From positions 115,728 to 179,727 of the forward strand of contig JAIELQ010000007.1 in assembly GCA_019752815.1 (NCBI GenBank): a DNA stretch of 64,000 nt, written 5' to 3'. The stretch's first letter is position 1. Each line of letters starts with the position of its first letter. Origin of the DNA: Patescibacteria group bacterium (GTDB lineage: Bacteria; Patescibacteriota; Minisyncoccia; Phycocordibacterales; UBA918). Shown here piece by piece: positions 19,077 to 29,480 of this stretch. The position numbers were made by a program, and so were the translations under genes. The notes beneath the pieces are model-generated. The model was given only the letters and a program-made list of their open reading frames with translations, ran no database searches and was not told the DNA's origin.

Positions 19077-19754
19077 ATGAAAATTAATTTAAACCGCCTG
19101 ACTACCATTCTGATTATCTGTGTGATTGTACTCATTGTCGTATTCCTCACCCTGCACGCTTCTACATCAGGCCAAAACAGTAAAGTAACTGCGACGCTAG
19201 ATGCTGCAATACTTATTCAAAAAGACAATCTGGCAGATCTGGCCGATATTACCCGAGTTAATGGTGCAGATGCCACAACTGACCGTATTATTACCGATTG
19301 TAGTGCTGGTGAACGTGAACGATTTGATACACTGCTTGATAAATTACAAGGAAATATCTCCAAAGATGAATTAAACGAACTCAATACCTTGTTTTATGCC
19401 TGCGGTAGTTTTTTTGCTGATAGAAAAGCGGTGGTGGCTACTAAATTACTGCGTGAGGTTGAGGTGCTTTCCGATTATCTTGATTTACGGAGTATTGTAA
19501 CGAGTAAAAGTTCTGAAGGGTCATCCCAACTAGAGGCATGGAAGAAGCTTGCTGAGTCTGAACTCAAAACCGCGGAATATTTTAAGGAGCTAGTTTTATT
19601 GCAAGGAAAAATCATCGTACTTTTAAGTAGTGGACAAACACCGACCTCGCCTGAGGTGTTGGCAACGCTCAGTCAGGTGAGTACGATACGAGGACAAATG
19701 CTTGTCTTAGGTAATCAAATTGAAGTTCTAAAAACCGAGGCGTTAACACTATGA
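19077..19754 (+). CDS. Hypothetical membrane-anchored helical protein
   Basis: N-terminal TM, helical body with a Cys pair, ATGA overlap with the next gene. Confidence 0.7.
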   Translation: MKINLNRLTTILIICVIVLIVVFLTLHASTSGQNSKVTATLDAAILIQKDNLADLADITRVNGADATTDRIITDCSAGERERFDTLLDKLQGNISKDELNELNTLFYACGSFFADRKAVVATKLLREVEVLSDYLDLRSIVTSKSSEGSSQLEAWKKLAESELKTAEYFKELVLLQGKIIVLLSSGQTPTSPEVLATLSQVSTIRGQMLVLGNQIEVLKTEALTL

Positions 19755-20509
19755 AATTCTTACGGAGAGCTTTACAAAAAGTATTTCCAACCTTGGGATT
19801 AAAAAACTCTCCGACGGTTCGCTACGCGTTCTCTTTTTTGTTTGTATTTGCAGCTGTTGCCTCTATTGCAGCCGTTTCAGGGACAAAAGGTTCCTATGTG
19901 AAGGTGGTACCAAGCGCTAACATGGTTGAGGTGAACACACAGTTCAATTTGGAAGTGTACGTATTTGCTGATGCGCCAATTAATGCGGTTGATCTCAGTG
20001 TATTGTATCCAGAAGCTCAGGTAGAAGTGCTCGGTATTGATAAAGGAGAGTCGGTAATCACACTTTGGACAGAAGAACCTCATGTGAAAGACGGTGCCGT
20101 GGTTTTGCGTGGTGGGACATACAAACGAGGTTTTGTTGGTGAGCATAAAATAGCTACCATTAACCTTAAAGCCAAAACAGCCGGTAGTGCTCAGTTTCTG
20201 GCAGGAACAGTCATGTTGCTTGCAGGTGATGGTAAGGGAACAAGTATCAAGGCCGATACTACCCGAGCGAAAATCGTCACTACTGTGTACCCCGCAGGTC
20301 AAAAACCAACCGGTCCTATGACACTTGAAGGGGAAGTGAGCTTCCTCGTAGTTACAGATATTGATGGCGATGGTTCAGTGACACTGACTGATATCAGCTC
20401 ATTTATGGCAAATTGGACCTCAAAGGAGCGACAATTTGATTTTAACAATGATGGACAGATGACGTTTCGGGATTTTTCTATAATTTTGTTTGATTATTTT
20501 TCAAAGTAA
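19751..20509 (+). CDS. Membrane-anchored or secreted cohesin-dockerin fusion protein
   Basis: Cohesin-like 'PINAVDLSVLY...SVITLWTEEP...GG....GF.G...IATI'. C-terminal DIDGDGSVTLTDIS / DFNNDGQMTFRDFSII Ca-loop pair. Confidence 0.78.
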   Translation: MKFLRRALQKVFPTLGLKNSPTVRYAFSFLFVFAAVASIAAVSGTKGSYVKVVPSANMVEVNTQFNLEVYVFADAPINAVDLSVLYPEAQVEVLGIDKGESVITLWTEEPHVKDGAVVLRGGTYKRGFVGEHKIATINLKAKTAGSAQFLAGTVMLLAGDGKGTSIKADTTRAKIVTTVYPAGQKPTGPMTLEGEVSFLVVTDIDGDGSVTLTDISSFMANWTSKERQFDFNNDGQMTFRDFSIILFDYFSK

Positions 20510-20602
20510 GTCGGAATGGTGATGAGATTTATGTTGATAAAAAAGCGTTTTAGTTGCGTGATACCTGATATTATGTACTAGATGGGAAATTTATAACGGA
20601 CC

Positions 20603-22273
20603 GTGAATCCGTTATATAAACAATTGGCTGAAAAGAAAGTGAACAAGGCCAACCATAATCAAAAGAATATTCGACCACGTCAGGTAATCCTCTACCGTAA
20701 CGTGTTTTATTCCCGTGTATCTTCTGCGGTGGTTTTGTTGTTGTGTCTATCTTTCCTCTTACAACCAATCGAACGCGTATTTGCCTCCGAAACTACTCCT
20801 ATTGATTCAGAAACGAGCGCTACTATCAATTTGGCAGTTGATGCTGGTTTGTCTGATTCAACACCTGAAGCACCAACTGAAGCTTCCGAAACGACATCAA
20901 CTGATGTTGTGTCTTCAGATGCTCCTGAAACTAATGTAGCTAATGCGGACGATGGTTCTTCTAACACTGTAACTGAAGATGTTAGTGAAGTCAGTGATCA
21001 GCTGGTTGGTGAGACTGATGTTGCCGACGGTGCTGATTCAAAAGATACTAGTGAAAGTAGTAACGATGAATCAAGTACCACGACAGTCTTTACTGACGAA
21101 GAAATTCAAGACCTTATTAATCCTGAAGATGAACTTCCTCCTGCCGAATTAGAAGTAGGTACCACGACTGCGACTAGTACTGAAATTCCAGTGGCGGTGA
21201 CAACTGTACACAGTGATGCGGTGATGCAATTTAATCGTAATGATTGTGTAACGGTTGAGGACGGCTCATTCTATTGTCAGAGTAAAAAAGAAGAAGCAGA
21301 ACAGGGAACCGACGGCATGTATGCGTTGCAAGATAAAGATGGTGATCTTGAAATATTTTTACAAAAAAATGGTGAGTTGGCTCAGCTGACATTTAATACC
21401 GTTGATGATGCTGCGCCAGTATTTGACACTAAATCAAATACTATTGTTTGGCATCGGTTGGTGGATGAGCGCTACCAAATCATTTCCTATGATTTAGAGA
21501 GTGAACGCGAAGTGCAGCTAACTGCTGATAACGTAAACAATATGGAACCGAGCCGTTCAGGTAATTTTACAGTTTGGCAACGATGGAACGACACTAACTG
21601 GGATATTGTATTGTACGATGGTACTGAAACAAAATTCCTGACTGATAGCCTCCAGCACGACATTGCTCCGAATGTAAAAGGTGATTTAGTGATGTGGAAT
21701 CGTTTGGCGTCAGATAACACGCAGACAATTGAATTATTTGATATTGTGACGGGTGAATTTACCACGATTACCGATGAAGAGGGTGGAGCGTTGTCCAATC
21801 CTCGTATGGTATTAGTTTACGAAACGGAATTTGCTAATGGGGACGTGGTAACTAAAGGTTACAATGTTGAAACCGGAGAAGTGACGCCACTCGCAAATGA
21901 TCCGGCTGAATTACCAGAAGAATTACCTGAACCAGATGCTACCGGTGAAACAAGAGCGCTCGTGCAGCCAAAGAATCCAACCAAAGAAGACGCAGAGATA
22001 AGCGAAGATGTTTTTCCCGGTATCGATAGTGACCCAAACCTTTCTGGAACTTCAACTGCATCCTCTACCTACTCACCACAGTCAGGTGATTTGCATATTG
22101 CATCTTCCAGTTCGTACATTGCCGGCAGTACACCAAATACGGGAACAAATACCGAAACAATCGCTGATATGACGCTCGATCTCACGCCTCCGGTTTTGCT
22201 GCCAGCTGATATTCCTCAGGATCTGGTGGTGCCACCGTTTGTGCCCGACGTTTCAATAGAAACTAGCGAGTAG
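20603..22273 (+). CDS. Acidic surface protein with low-complexity D/E/S/T stalk and TolB-like beta-propeller
   Basis: Signal/TM segment, long acidic linker, repeated 'QLT.N..DD..P......IVW.R......I..YD' blades. Confidence 0.7.
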   Translation: MNPLYKQLAEKKVNKANHNQKNIRPRQVILYRNVFYSRVSSAVVLLLCLSFLLQPIERVFASETTPIDSETSATINLAVDAGLSDSTPEAPTEASETTSTDVVSSDAPETNVANADDGSSNTVTEDVSEVSDQLVGETDVADGADSKDTSESSNDESSTTTVFTDEEIQDLINPEDELPPAELEVGTTTATSTEIPVAVTTVHSDAVMQFNRNDCVTVEDGSFYCQSKKEEAEQGTDGMYALQDKDGDLEIFLQKNGELAQLTFNTVDDAAPVFDTKSNTIVWHRLVDERYQIISYDLESEREVQLTADNVNNMEPSRSGNFTVWQRWNDTNWDIVLYDGTETKFLTDSLQHDIAPNVKGDLVMWNRLASDNTQTIELFDIVTGEFTTITDEEGGALSNPRMVLVYETEFANGDVVTKGYNVETGEVTPLANDPAELPEELPEPDATGETRALVQPKNPTKEDAEISEDVFPGIDSDPNLSGTSTASSTYSPQSGDLHIASSSSYIAGSTPNTGTNTETIADMTLDLTPPVLLPADIPQDLVVPPFVPDVSIETSE

Positions 22274-22341
22274 TGTGGTGTAATACCGGCTCTCTACAGG
22301 TAGTAGTTTGTAGGGTACGCAAAGCATGAGAAAATAAACCC

Positions 22342-25300
22342 ATGGGGAGGTATCCTTCGTTTTTTAATTGTGTACGTACGCATAAATGCGTGAGCGCTTT
22401 TCTGCTTCTTTTGACTATCGGTGCGCAATTTACGTTTCTGGAATTCTTATTGCCCAGAATTGCTCAAGCTGCGGTTGTTACTATCGATGCAACGGTCAGT
22501 CTCACGGCCACGGAACATCTCTTTGCTGGATCACAAACTGTATTTACGACAGATCAAATTGGCTATAAATTCTATGTTGATTCATCAGGTGTTTGTGCGT
22601 ATAGCAAAACCACTGATGGTGGTAATTCCTGGGGAGGGGCAGTCACAGTAGATAGTAAAACAGATTGTACGAGTATTGCAGTTTGGTACGATCGCTGGAC
22701 TCCTGGCGATGCCGGTAATAATATTCATATTTCAACCATGAACGTCGCTAATGCGACTGATGTGATTTGGTACAATCGTCTCGATACTAGTTCAGATACT
22801 CTTTTGTCAGGTACAACTCCTATTAATACCGTCAGTAATTCTGCACAGGTACCTACCTATGTTGCTGGTACTAATGAACAAACTATTAGTAAAAGCACTA
22901 CCGGTGTTCTGTACATCGCAGCTTCAGATGCCTCGGATTCATTTGTTATCCAATGTAGTACAGGCTGTAACACTACAACCAATTGGACCCAAGCCGGTAC
23001 AAACTTTATGGATTTGGACAACGACTGGAACCTCCTGATGCCAATCCTCGGCGGTAACATGTTGCTTATTAACCGGGATATTTCAGCAGACGATATCCGA
23101 ACTCGAGTTTGGAACGGCAGTACTTGGTCCGGCAGTTGGACTGCGGTTGATTCAGCAGCAGTGGAGGGGGCAACCTATGATATTGCAATGGCTGCTACCC
23201 AAGACCATTCCTCGGGCGATATTTATCTTGCCTACGCAGCTGATAACGATAGTTATACTGTCCTTGACCATGATGTACGGACTGCCAAATACGTCAGCGG
23301 CTCTTGGACTTCTACAGCTAATATTTTTACAAATTCTACACGTGGTTTAACTGGTATTGCAATTTCGCTTGATACCAACCTGGGAGTAATTTATGTCGCG
23401 TATGGATTACGTACTACGCCCGCAACGGCCACTACAGGTAACATTTACTATTCAACGTCAACGAGTGCCATGTCATCATGGAGTGCAGAACAAGGACCGG
23501 TGAATACCACACCTGGAGATCTCTATGGTATTGATATGAATATCATGAGTGACGAGCGAATTTATGCGACGTGGCAAGACCCAGCACCGGATGATATTTT
23601 TGGTGAGACAATAGCAAACATTGCGCCAGTAACAAAAGTATCTACGCTAGGAACTCCGGCCACGAGTGTGTCGGCGAGCACTAGTAATTTCTATACTGGT
23701 GGAGCATTTTTAATCAAAGAAAGCCAGGTCAGTCGTAATGTCACCGACATTACTATTTCTGAAAATGGAACAGTTGACGGGAGTGGTGCTATTAAAAATA
23801 TAAAACTATTTTATGATTTGGATACCAGTGCGCCCTATGATTGTGTGAGTGAAACATACTCTGGCCTGGAAACACAATTTGGTAGTACCGATGTAAATGG
23901 TTTTACTGGAGCAGATGGTGTGTCATCCTTTAATGGTTTAGTTAATATCACTCCCACTCAGGCGATGTGCGTCTATACAGTAGTTGATGTGCTTGATGCT
24001 GCACTCAGTGCTTCCACGTTACGGGTATTTATTGACAATCCAGGTTCTGATGTGTTGGTTTCGGGTGGCGGGTTAGTTACACCAGACACCCCAGTTGCAT
24101 TTGTTTCTGGCACCACAATTAACAACGATACACTTACGCAAACGCATTATCACTGGCGAAATGATAACGGAAATGAAACCGCTGCAACGTCTGCTACCGG
24201 CGGAATTGCTGATACGCCAATTCCCGCGCTGCTTCAAAACACTCCGCGGCGACTTCGTGTACAAGTTTCAAACGAAGGTTCGCTCGCCAGTCCCGCTACC
24301 CAATTTCGGTTAGAGTATGCCGAAGCTGCGCCAACTTGTGCTGCGGCGAGCGGGTGGACTGATGTGAATGCCACCAATGATGCCTGGAATATGTTTGACT
24401 CCACCTTTGTACCTAATGGTTCAAATACCACTGATATTTCAGTAGCGAGCGGGGGGATGGTAAATGAAAATACTACTTTCCTTACCCCCAATGGTGGTCA
24501 ACTTGATACTACTTCACAAACAGGCCCATTAACCTTAACTGCTACAAATTTCGTTGAGTTAGAATATTCGATTGTGGCCTCTAGTAGTGCTCCACAGGGT
24601 ACAACCTATTGTTTTAGAGTTACCAGTGCGGGGACAGTATTACCAGTCTACAGTGTCTACCCACAGGTAACAGTATCAGCAGATGTTTCGGTAAGTGCTA
24701 TTGGCACCCAGGCATCATCGGCCATTATTCCAACTACAAATTTTCAAGTTGGCGGTACGTTTGTGTTTACTGAAAATGTTAGCTCTCGTAATCTCACCAG
24801 TATAACAATTACTGAAACGGGTTCAGTTAATGGTGCGACCAGCTTGGATAATATTCGTTTACGGTATGATCTCGATACTACAGCTCCGTACAACTGTGCT
24901 AGTGAATCATATGCGGGAACAGAGACACAGTTCGGCGCAACTGACACCGATGGCTTTTCGGGTCCTAACGGCAGCTCCACTTTTACTGGCTCTGTGTCAC
25001 TTACCACCACTCAGGCGGTATGTATGTATACAGTTTTTGACATTACCAGTGCCGCCAATAATGGGGAAGATATTCAAATAGAAATTGCTAATGGCGGGAA
25101 TGATGTTGTTGTTTCTGCTGGAGCGGTTGGTCCAACTACACCGGTGTTGCTTGCTGGCACTACTACCTTGTCAGGAGCAATTTTAGCGCAAACAGGGTAC
25201 CACTGGCGTACTGATTCTGGCAGTGAAACTACCGCACCCTCAGCAACAGCAGGAAATCAGAATACCCAACTCATTGAACATGCAGCCAGTAGTTCGATAC

Positions 25301-28300
25301 GTCTTCGTTTAGGGGTAAGTAACGAAGGAGCAGCAACCTCAACGGGCGCTCAGTACCAGCTAGAGTATGGTCCAAAAATTACCACCTGTAGTGCAGTGAG
25401 TGTGTGGACGAGTGTTGATGCTGCTAATGATGACTGGAATATGTTCAATTCAGTCAATATTACTGATGGTGCAAACACCACAAACATCGCTACGAGTACC
25501 GGTGGAGTAAGTGATGGTAATACTACGTTTGTTACTCCTAATGGTGGAGTGAAGGATACAAGTGCGGTGACGGGAGGAATAACACTCACCTCAACGCAGT
25601 TTACCGAGCTCGAATTCAGTATTACTTCAACCGGGATTACGGGCAGTGACGTCGTGTACTGTTTTCGAGTGACTAATCTCGGGACTGAACTTAATCAGTA
25701 TGATAATTATGCTGAAGTTAGAACAGCCCCAAAACGTGATTTTAAAGTGCAGCGTGGAGTGACTAACGTCACAGGTACCGGAGTAACGCTCACTGCTGGT
25801 GTGAACTATACAGCACCGCAAGCGTCATCAAGCGCGTTTGTACGAATCACTAATACCCAGATGACTGGTGCAGGACGCAATGCTGGCGGTGCTGCTCAGA
25901 ACGCAGATGACGTTACTGCGTACATTAGTAATCCTGGTAACATCATGACGAGTTTTACAATCAGTCGACCACCAGCTGCCATCGGCAATACCCAAGTATA
26001 TTGGGAAATTATCGAATTTATTGGTGCCACTAGTACCGATAACGAAATGAAGGTTCTCAGTGCAGCCACAGTGGGGATGGTCAGCGCATCAACAAGTGCG
26101 ACCGGTACGGTTGTAACCGGCGTGACTGATGACACAGATATAGTTGTGTATATTACCGGAATTGAAAATCGCGATATAGGACGAAACTTCTATTATGCGG
26201 GGGCAGTCACTGCCGAGTGGGATGCAGCTCTTAATCGACCAGTATTTAGACGAGGTGCGGGCGGAGCTATTATCAACGTTAGTTATGCGGTAGTGGAATA
26301 TACTGGTATTAACTGGAATATCCAACGTGTTGAACACACTTATGCATCGAGTACCATAATTGAAACGGAAACAATTACACCCGTTAATAGTTTAGCGCGA
26401 ACGTTTATTCATGCTCAAAAAAGAATTAATGGATTAGGAAATGTTAATAATTATGGTCACGAAGTCTGGCTCTCGAGTATCGGGGCGGTGTCATTTAAAT
26501 TAGAGGATGCAGCAACGACACCTGCTTCGCATACTTCAGTGGTGTGGGTTATTGAAAATCAACAAACGAGTGCCGGTGCCATGAGAGTGCAACGAAGTAA
26601 CGGTAACACTACCGACGGAACCGAACCAGTAGCTCTTTCGATTCCAATTTTTACCCCACTGAATACAATTACCAATGCATCCATTTTTGGTACTTCTCGG
26701 GCAGTGGGGGCAAACTCAAACTTTCCAATCCCTATGGCAGGCTTGAGTATTACTTCCACTTCGTCCTACCTACTGTGGCGCAGTGAAGCCACCGCTGCAC
26801 TTCTTACGTACCGAACCGAAATTGTTGAGTGGCCAATAAATGGGTTGGCAGTTCGACAAAATTACTATCGTATATACGCAGATAACAACTCGTTACTGCC
26901 GACAGATCCGTGGCCGCCCGGACCAAGTGACCTTGGTGAAAATACGCCACTCTCTATTGCCGATCAACCACTGGGTGAAGCCGATCGGGTACGACTACGT
27001 ATGTCATTGCGTGTAACTAATGCAAACTTGCCGGTGGGACTCTACGATTTTAAATTACAGTACGGACTACGGTTAACTTCTTGTTCGGCTGTAGCTGGGT
27101 GGACTGATGTAGGGGCTGCCAGCAGTTCAGCTATTTGGCGTGGGTATAATGCGACTGGTACAACCAATGGAGCAGATCTGTCGGTAAATCCGCCAATATT
27201 CGGTGATTTAGTGCTGTCTGTTTCAGATATTGCTGGTAGCTATGTTGAGGAAAATCCAGCACCAGCAAATCCGTTTGGTGCTGACCCAAACCGTGATATC
27301 GAGTATGATTTTCAACTTTCTCATAACGGTGCCATGGAGCGCAGTGTGTACTGTTTCCGAATGGTGCGGGGTGACGGTACGACACTTGATGGATACTTAA
27401 ATTACCCGCAAATCCGGACAGCTGGTTTTACACCACAAACACAGAACTGGCGTTGGTACGATGATGCTACTAATGAGACTCCGACTACACCGTTGTCTGC
27501 CGAAACAGTAGCTCCGATTGAAATTCAAAACGATAATACACTCGCGCTTCGGGTTACTGTCGGTGAAGCCAAAAACGTGCGTGGTCAAAATGTAAAGTTT
27601 AAAGTGCAGTATGATGAAAACCCTAATTTTACAAATCCGCGTGATGTCACGGCTACTTCTACGTGTACCGCTACTTCTACCTGGTGCTATGCGGTAGGTG
27701 GTGGCGCTGATAACGCTACGATTACTACCAAAGTCCTAACCGATGCCGACAGCTGTACTAGTAGTGTCGGGGAAGGTTGTGGTACACACAACAGTTCTGG
27801 TGTGTTTGTGCTCGGTGATACACACGAACCCGGTGCTAACCGTGAGTATGCGTTTTACCTCAGGCAAGTTTTGGCGCGTACTGGTGTGGTGTACTACTTT
27901 AGATTGTATGACACTTTGAATGAAGTTCCTGTCGTTCTTAAGTCCGGTAGTGTGTATCCCAGTACGGTAGCAGAGACTGCGAAACTTTCGCTTACTATTT
28001 CTGGTCTGCCTTCAGGCACTACTACTGCTGGCGTTGTTACTACTGCCACTTCGACACCATCTACCATCAATTTTGGTACTATTCCAATTAATACACCCTG
28101 GTATTCAGCCCATAGAATTTCTGTAACTACCAATGCTATTGATGGGTATCGAGTTTTGAGTTACGCCCGGCAACAGCTCTTGAATAGTTATGGTACAGCT
28201 ATTAATTCCGTCACGGGCACCAATGCTGCCCCAACTAGTTGGGCAGTGGGTTGCCAGATTTCTGCTCCGGGGTGTATAGGCTACCACACGAGCGATGCTA

Positions 28301-28497
28301 CATTGGCAGGCGGCTCAACCCGATTTTCACCATTAGATAGCTATGCGGGACTACAAACCACGCCACAAGAAGTGATGTATAGCTCTCTTCCCGCCGATGA
28401 TGTACATGATATTCTATACAGAGTAAGTGTCACTAACAGTCAACCGGCCGGCACCTACGAAACGGAAATTGTCTATTTGGCAGTGCCGACGTACTAA
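22342..28497 (+). CDS. Giant secreted repeat protein (2051 aa; N-terminal propeller/BNR-like region, repeated beta-sandwich domains, WxL/fimbrial-like C-terminal domain)
   Basis: Signal peptide (AQA-A), Asp-box-like 'SKTTDGGNSW', internal repeats (YHWRxD, RLR...SNEG, ELEYSI, YCFRV), C-terminus paralogous to 15032..16174. Confidence 0.85.
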   Translation: MGRYPSFFNCVRTHKCVSAFLLLLTIGAQFTFLEFLLPRIAQAAVVTIDATVSLTATEHLFAGSQTVFTTDQIGYKFYVDSSGVCAYSKTTDGGNSWGGAVTVDSKTDCTSIAVWYDRWTPGDAGNNIHISTMNVANATDVIWYNRLDTSSDTLLSGTTPINTVSNSAQVPTYVAGTNEQTISKSTTGVLYIAASDASDSFVIQCSTGCNTTTNWTQAGTNFMDLDNDWNLLMPILGGNMLLINRDISADDIRTRVWNGSTWSGSWTAVDSAAVEGATYDIAMAATQDHSSGDIYLAYAADNDSYTVLDHDVRTAKYVSGSWTSTANIFTNSTRGLTGIAISLDTNLGVIYVAYGLRTTPATATTGNIYYSTSTSAMSSWSAEQGPVNTTPGDLYGIDMNIMSDERIYATWQDPAPDDIFGETIANIAPVTKVSTLGTPATSVSASTSNFYTGGAFLIKESQVSRNVTDITISENGTVDGSGAIKNIKLFYDLDTSAPYDCVSETYSGLETQFGSTDVNGFTGADGVSSFNGLVNITPTQAMCVYTVVDVLDAALSASTLRVFIDNPGSDVLVSGGGLVTPDTPVAFVSGTTINNDTLTQTHYHWRNDNGNETAATSATGGIADTPIPALLQNTPRRLRVQVSNEGSLASPATQFRLEYAEAAPTCAAASGWTDVNATNDAWNMFDSTFVPNGSNTTDISVASGGMVNENTTFLTPNGGQLDTTSQTGPLTLTATNFVELEYSIVASSSAPQGTTYCFRVTSAGTVLPVYSVYPQVTVSADVSVSAIGTQASSAIIPTTNFQVGGTFVFTENVSSRNLTSITITETGSVNGATSLDNIRLRYDLDTTAPYNCASESYAGTETQFGATDTDGFSGPNGSSTFTGSVSLTTTQAVCMYTVFDITSAANNGEDIQIEIANGGNDVVVSAGAVGPTTPVLLAGTTTLSGAILAQTGYHWRTDSGSETTAPSATAGNQNTQLIEHAASSSIRLRLGVSNEGAATSTGAQYQLEYGPKITTCSAVSVWTSVDAANDDWNMFNSVNITDGANTTNIATSTGGVSDGNTTFVTPNGGVKDTSAVTGGITLTSTQFTELEFSITSTGITGSDVVYCFRVTNLGTELNQYDNYAEVRTAPKRDFKVQRGVTNVTGTGVTLTAGVNYTAPQASSSAFVRITNTQMTGAGRNAGGAAQNADDVTAYISNPGNIMTSFTISRPPAAIGNTQVYWEIIEFIGATSTDNEMKVLSAATVGMVSASTSATGTVVTGVTDDTDIVVYITGIENRDIGRNFYYAGAVTAEWDAALNRPVFRRGAGGAIINVSYAVVEYTGINWNIQRVEHTYASSTIIETETITPVNSLARTFIHAQKRINGLGNVNNYGHEVWLSSIGAVSFKLEDAATTPASHTSVVWVIENQQTSAGAMRVQRSNGNTTDGTEPVALSIPIFTPLNTITNASIFGTSRAVGANSNFPIPMAGLSITSTSSYLLWRSEATAALLTYRTEIVEWPINGLAVRQNYYRIYADNNSLLPTDPWPPGPSDLGENTPLSIADQPLGEADRVRLRMSLRVTNANLPVGLYDFKLQYGLRLTSCSAVAGWTDVGAASSSAIWRGYNATGTTNGADLSVNPPIFGDLVLSVSDIAGSYVEENPAPANPFGADPNRDIEYDFQLSHNGAMERSVYCFRMVRGDGTTLDGYLNYPQIRTAGFTPQTQNWRWYDDATNETPTTPLSAETVAPIEIQNDNTLALRVTVGEAKNVRGQNVKFKVQYDENPNFTNPRDVTATSTCTATSTWCYAVGGGADNATITTKVLTDADSCTSSVGEGCGTHNSSGVFVLGDTHEPGANREYAFYLRQVLARTGVVYYFRLYDTLNEVPVVLKSGSVYPSTVAETAKLSLTISGLPSGTTTAGVVTTATSTPSTINFGTIPINTPWYSAHRISVTTNAIDGYRVLSYARQQLLNSYGTAINSVTGTNAAPTSWAVGCQISAPGCIGYHTSDATLAGGSTRFSPLDSYAGLQTTPQEVMYSSLPADDVHDILYRVSVTNSQPAGTYETEIVYLAVPTY

Positions 28498-28502
28498 CTC
28501 CT

Positions 28503-29480
28503 ATGAAATACTTATTCCTTATTTGTCTTTTCTTTGCTTCAGTTCAGCCTATCTTGGCTGCTAATTATGCGGTTTCGCCGCTTTTGATTGAAAATACTAT
28601 CGAGCCGCGTGACATGTTTGAAGAGACTGTTAAAATAACCAATACCACTGATCGTAAGGTGCGGATTTTTCCAACAGTAAACGAAATTACTATTGGTGAA
28701 GGAGGTGAGGTAAAATCATTTGTTCCGGCGTCAATGAGTGACAATACAACTAGTATTACGAGCTGGATTGCGGTCACTCGTGGTCGAGTAGAAATTAATC
28801 CTGGTGAGACGATAAAAATTCCTATATCGTTTACTATCAATCCCAATGCAGTAGCAGGCGAGTACCATGCATTTATTGGTTTTGCTGAAGGTTCAAAACG
28901 TGATGAAGCCGAAGCGCTTGTGACCTCGGGTCGAGCACCGGGAGTGGTGGTGCGATTGTCACTTGTTGAAAAACGCACTGAATACCTGAGGCTGAACCGA
29001 TTTACCGTTGATCGATTTGTTACCGAATCAAATGATGCTGTTGTGAGTTATGAATTAGAAAATGTTGGCGGTCTACCAATAACACCAAATGGCGAAATCA
29101 TTTTCTATAACAATCGCGGGGTGGAAATAAATGCATTGCCTGTTAATCCAGAAGAAAGATCCATTAACCCACAAAGTAAAGTAACGTTTGAGCAAACTAT
29201 TCCAGAGCTCGGTGTGATTGGTCGCCACAAAGCTCTCTTAAATGTTGAGTATGGTACCGCAATGCGAGCTAACTTATACGATACAACCTATTTTAATGTG
29301 GTACCGGTACTGTATTTGGCACTTATCTTTGGTTTTCTATTACTCACATCATTACTACTTGCTTTATGGTATCATCGGTCGAAAACACGAATTAACGATC
29401 TTGATGAAGAGGTGTCGGTGTATGTTCGTAGTGGAATTGTTGGGGCAGAAAAAGACCATGATATCAATCTTAAAAAATAG
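28503..29480 (+). CDS. DUF916/DUF3324-like (WxL-interacting protein-like) membrane-anchored protein
   Basis: 'YAVSPLLIE...ITSWI...INPGETIKIPISFTINPNAVAGEYHAFI', 'ENVGGLPITPNGEI', C-terminal TM. Confidence 0.7.
   Translation: MKYLFLICLFFASVQPILAANYAVSPLLIENTIEPRDMFEETVKITNTTDRKVRIFPTVNEITIGEGGEVKSFVPASMSDNTTSITSWIAVTRGRVEINPGETIKIPISFTINPNAVAGEYHAFIGFAEGSKRDEAEALVTSGRAPGVVVRLSLVEKRTEYLRLNRFTVDRFVTESNDAVVSYELENVGGLPITPNGEIIFYNNRGVEINALPVNPEERSINPQSKVTFEQTIPELGVIGRHKALLNVEYGTAMRANLYDTTYFNVVPVLYLALIFGFLLLTSLLLALWYHRSKTRINDLDEEVSVYVRSGIVGAEKDHDINLKK

Noticed and set aside
22342-28497. Diversity-generating retroelement target
   Set aside because: Internal repeats are diverged at all bases rather than only at adenines, and no reverse transcriptase is present in the window.
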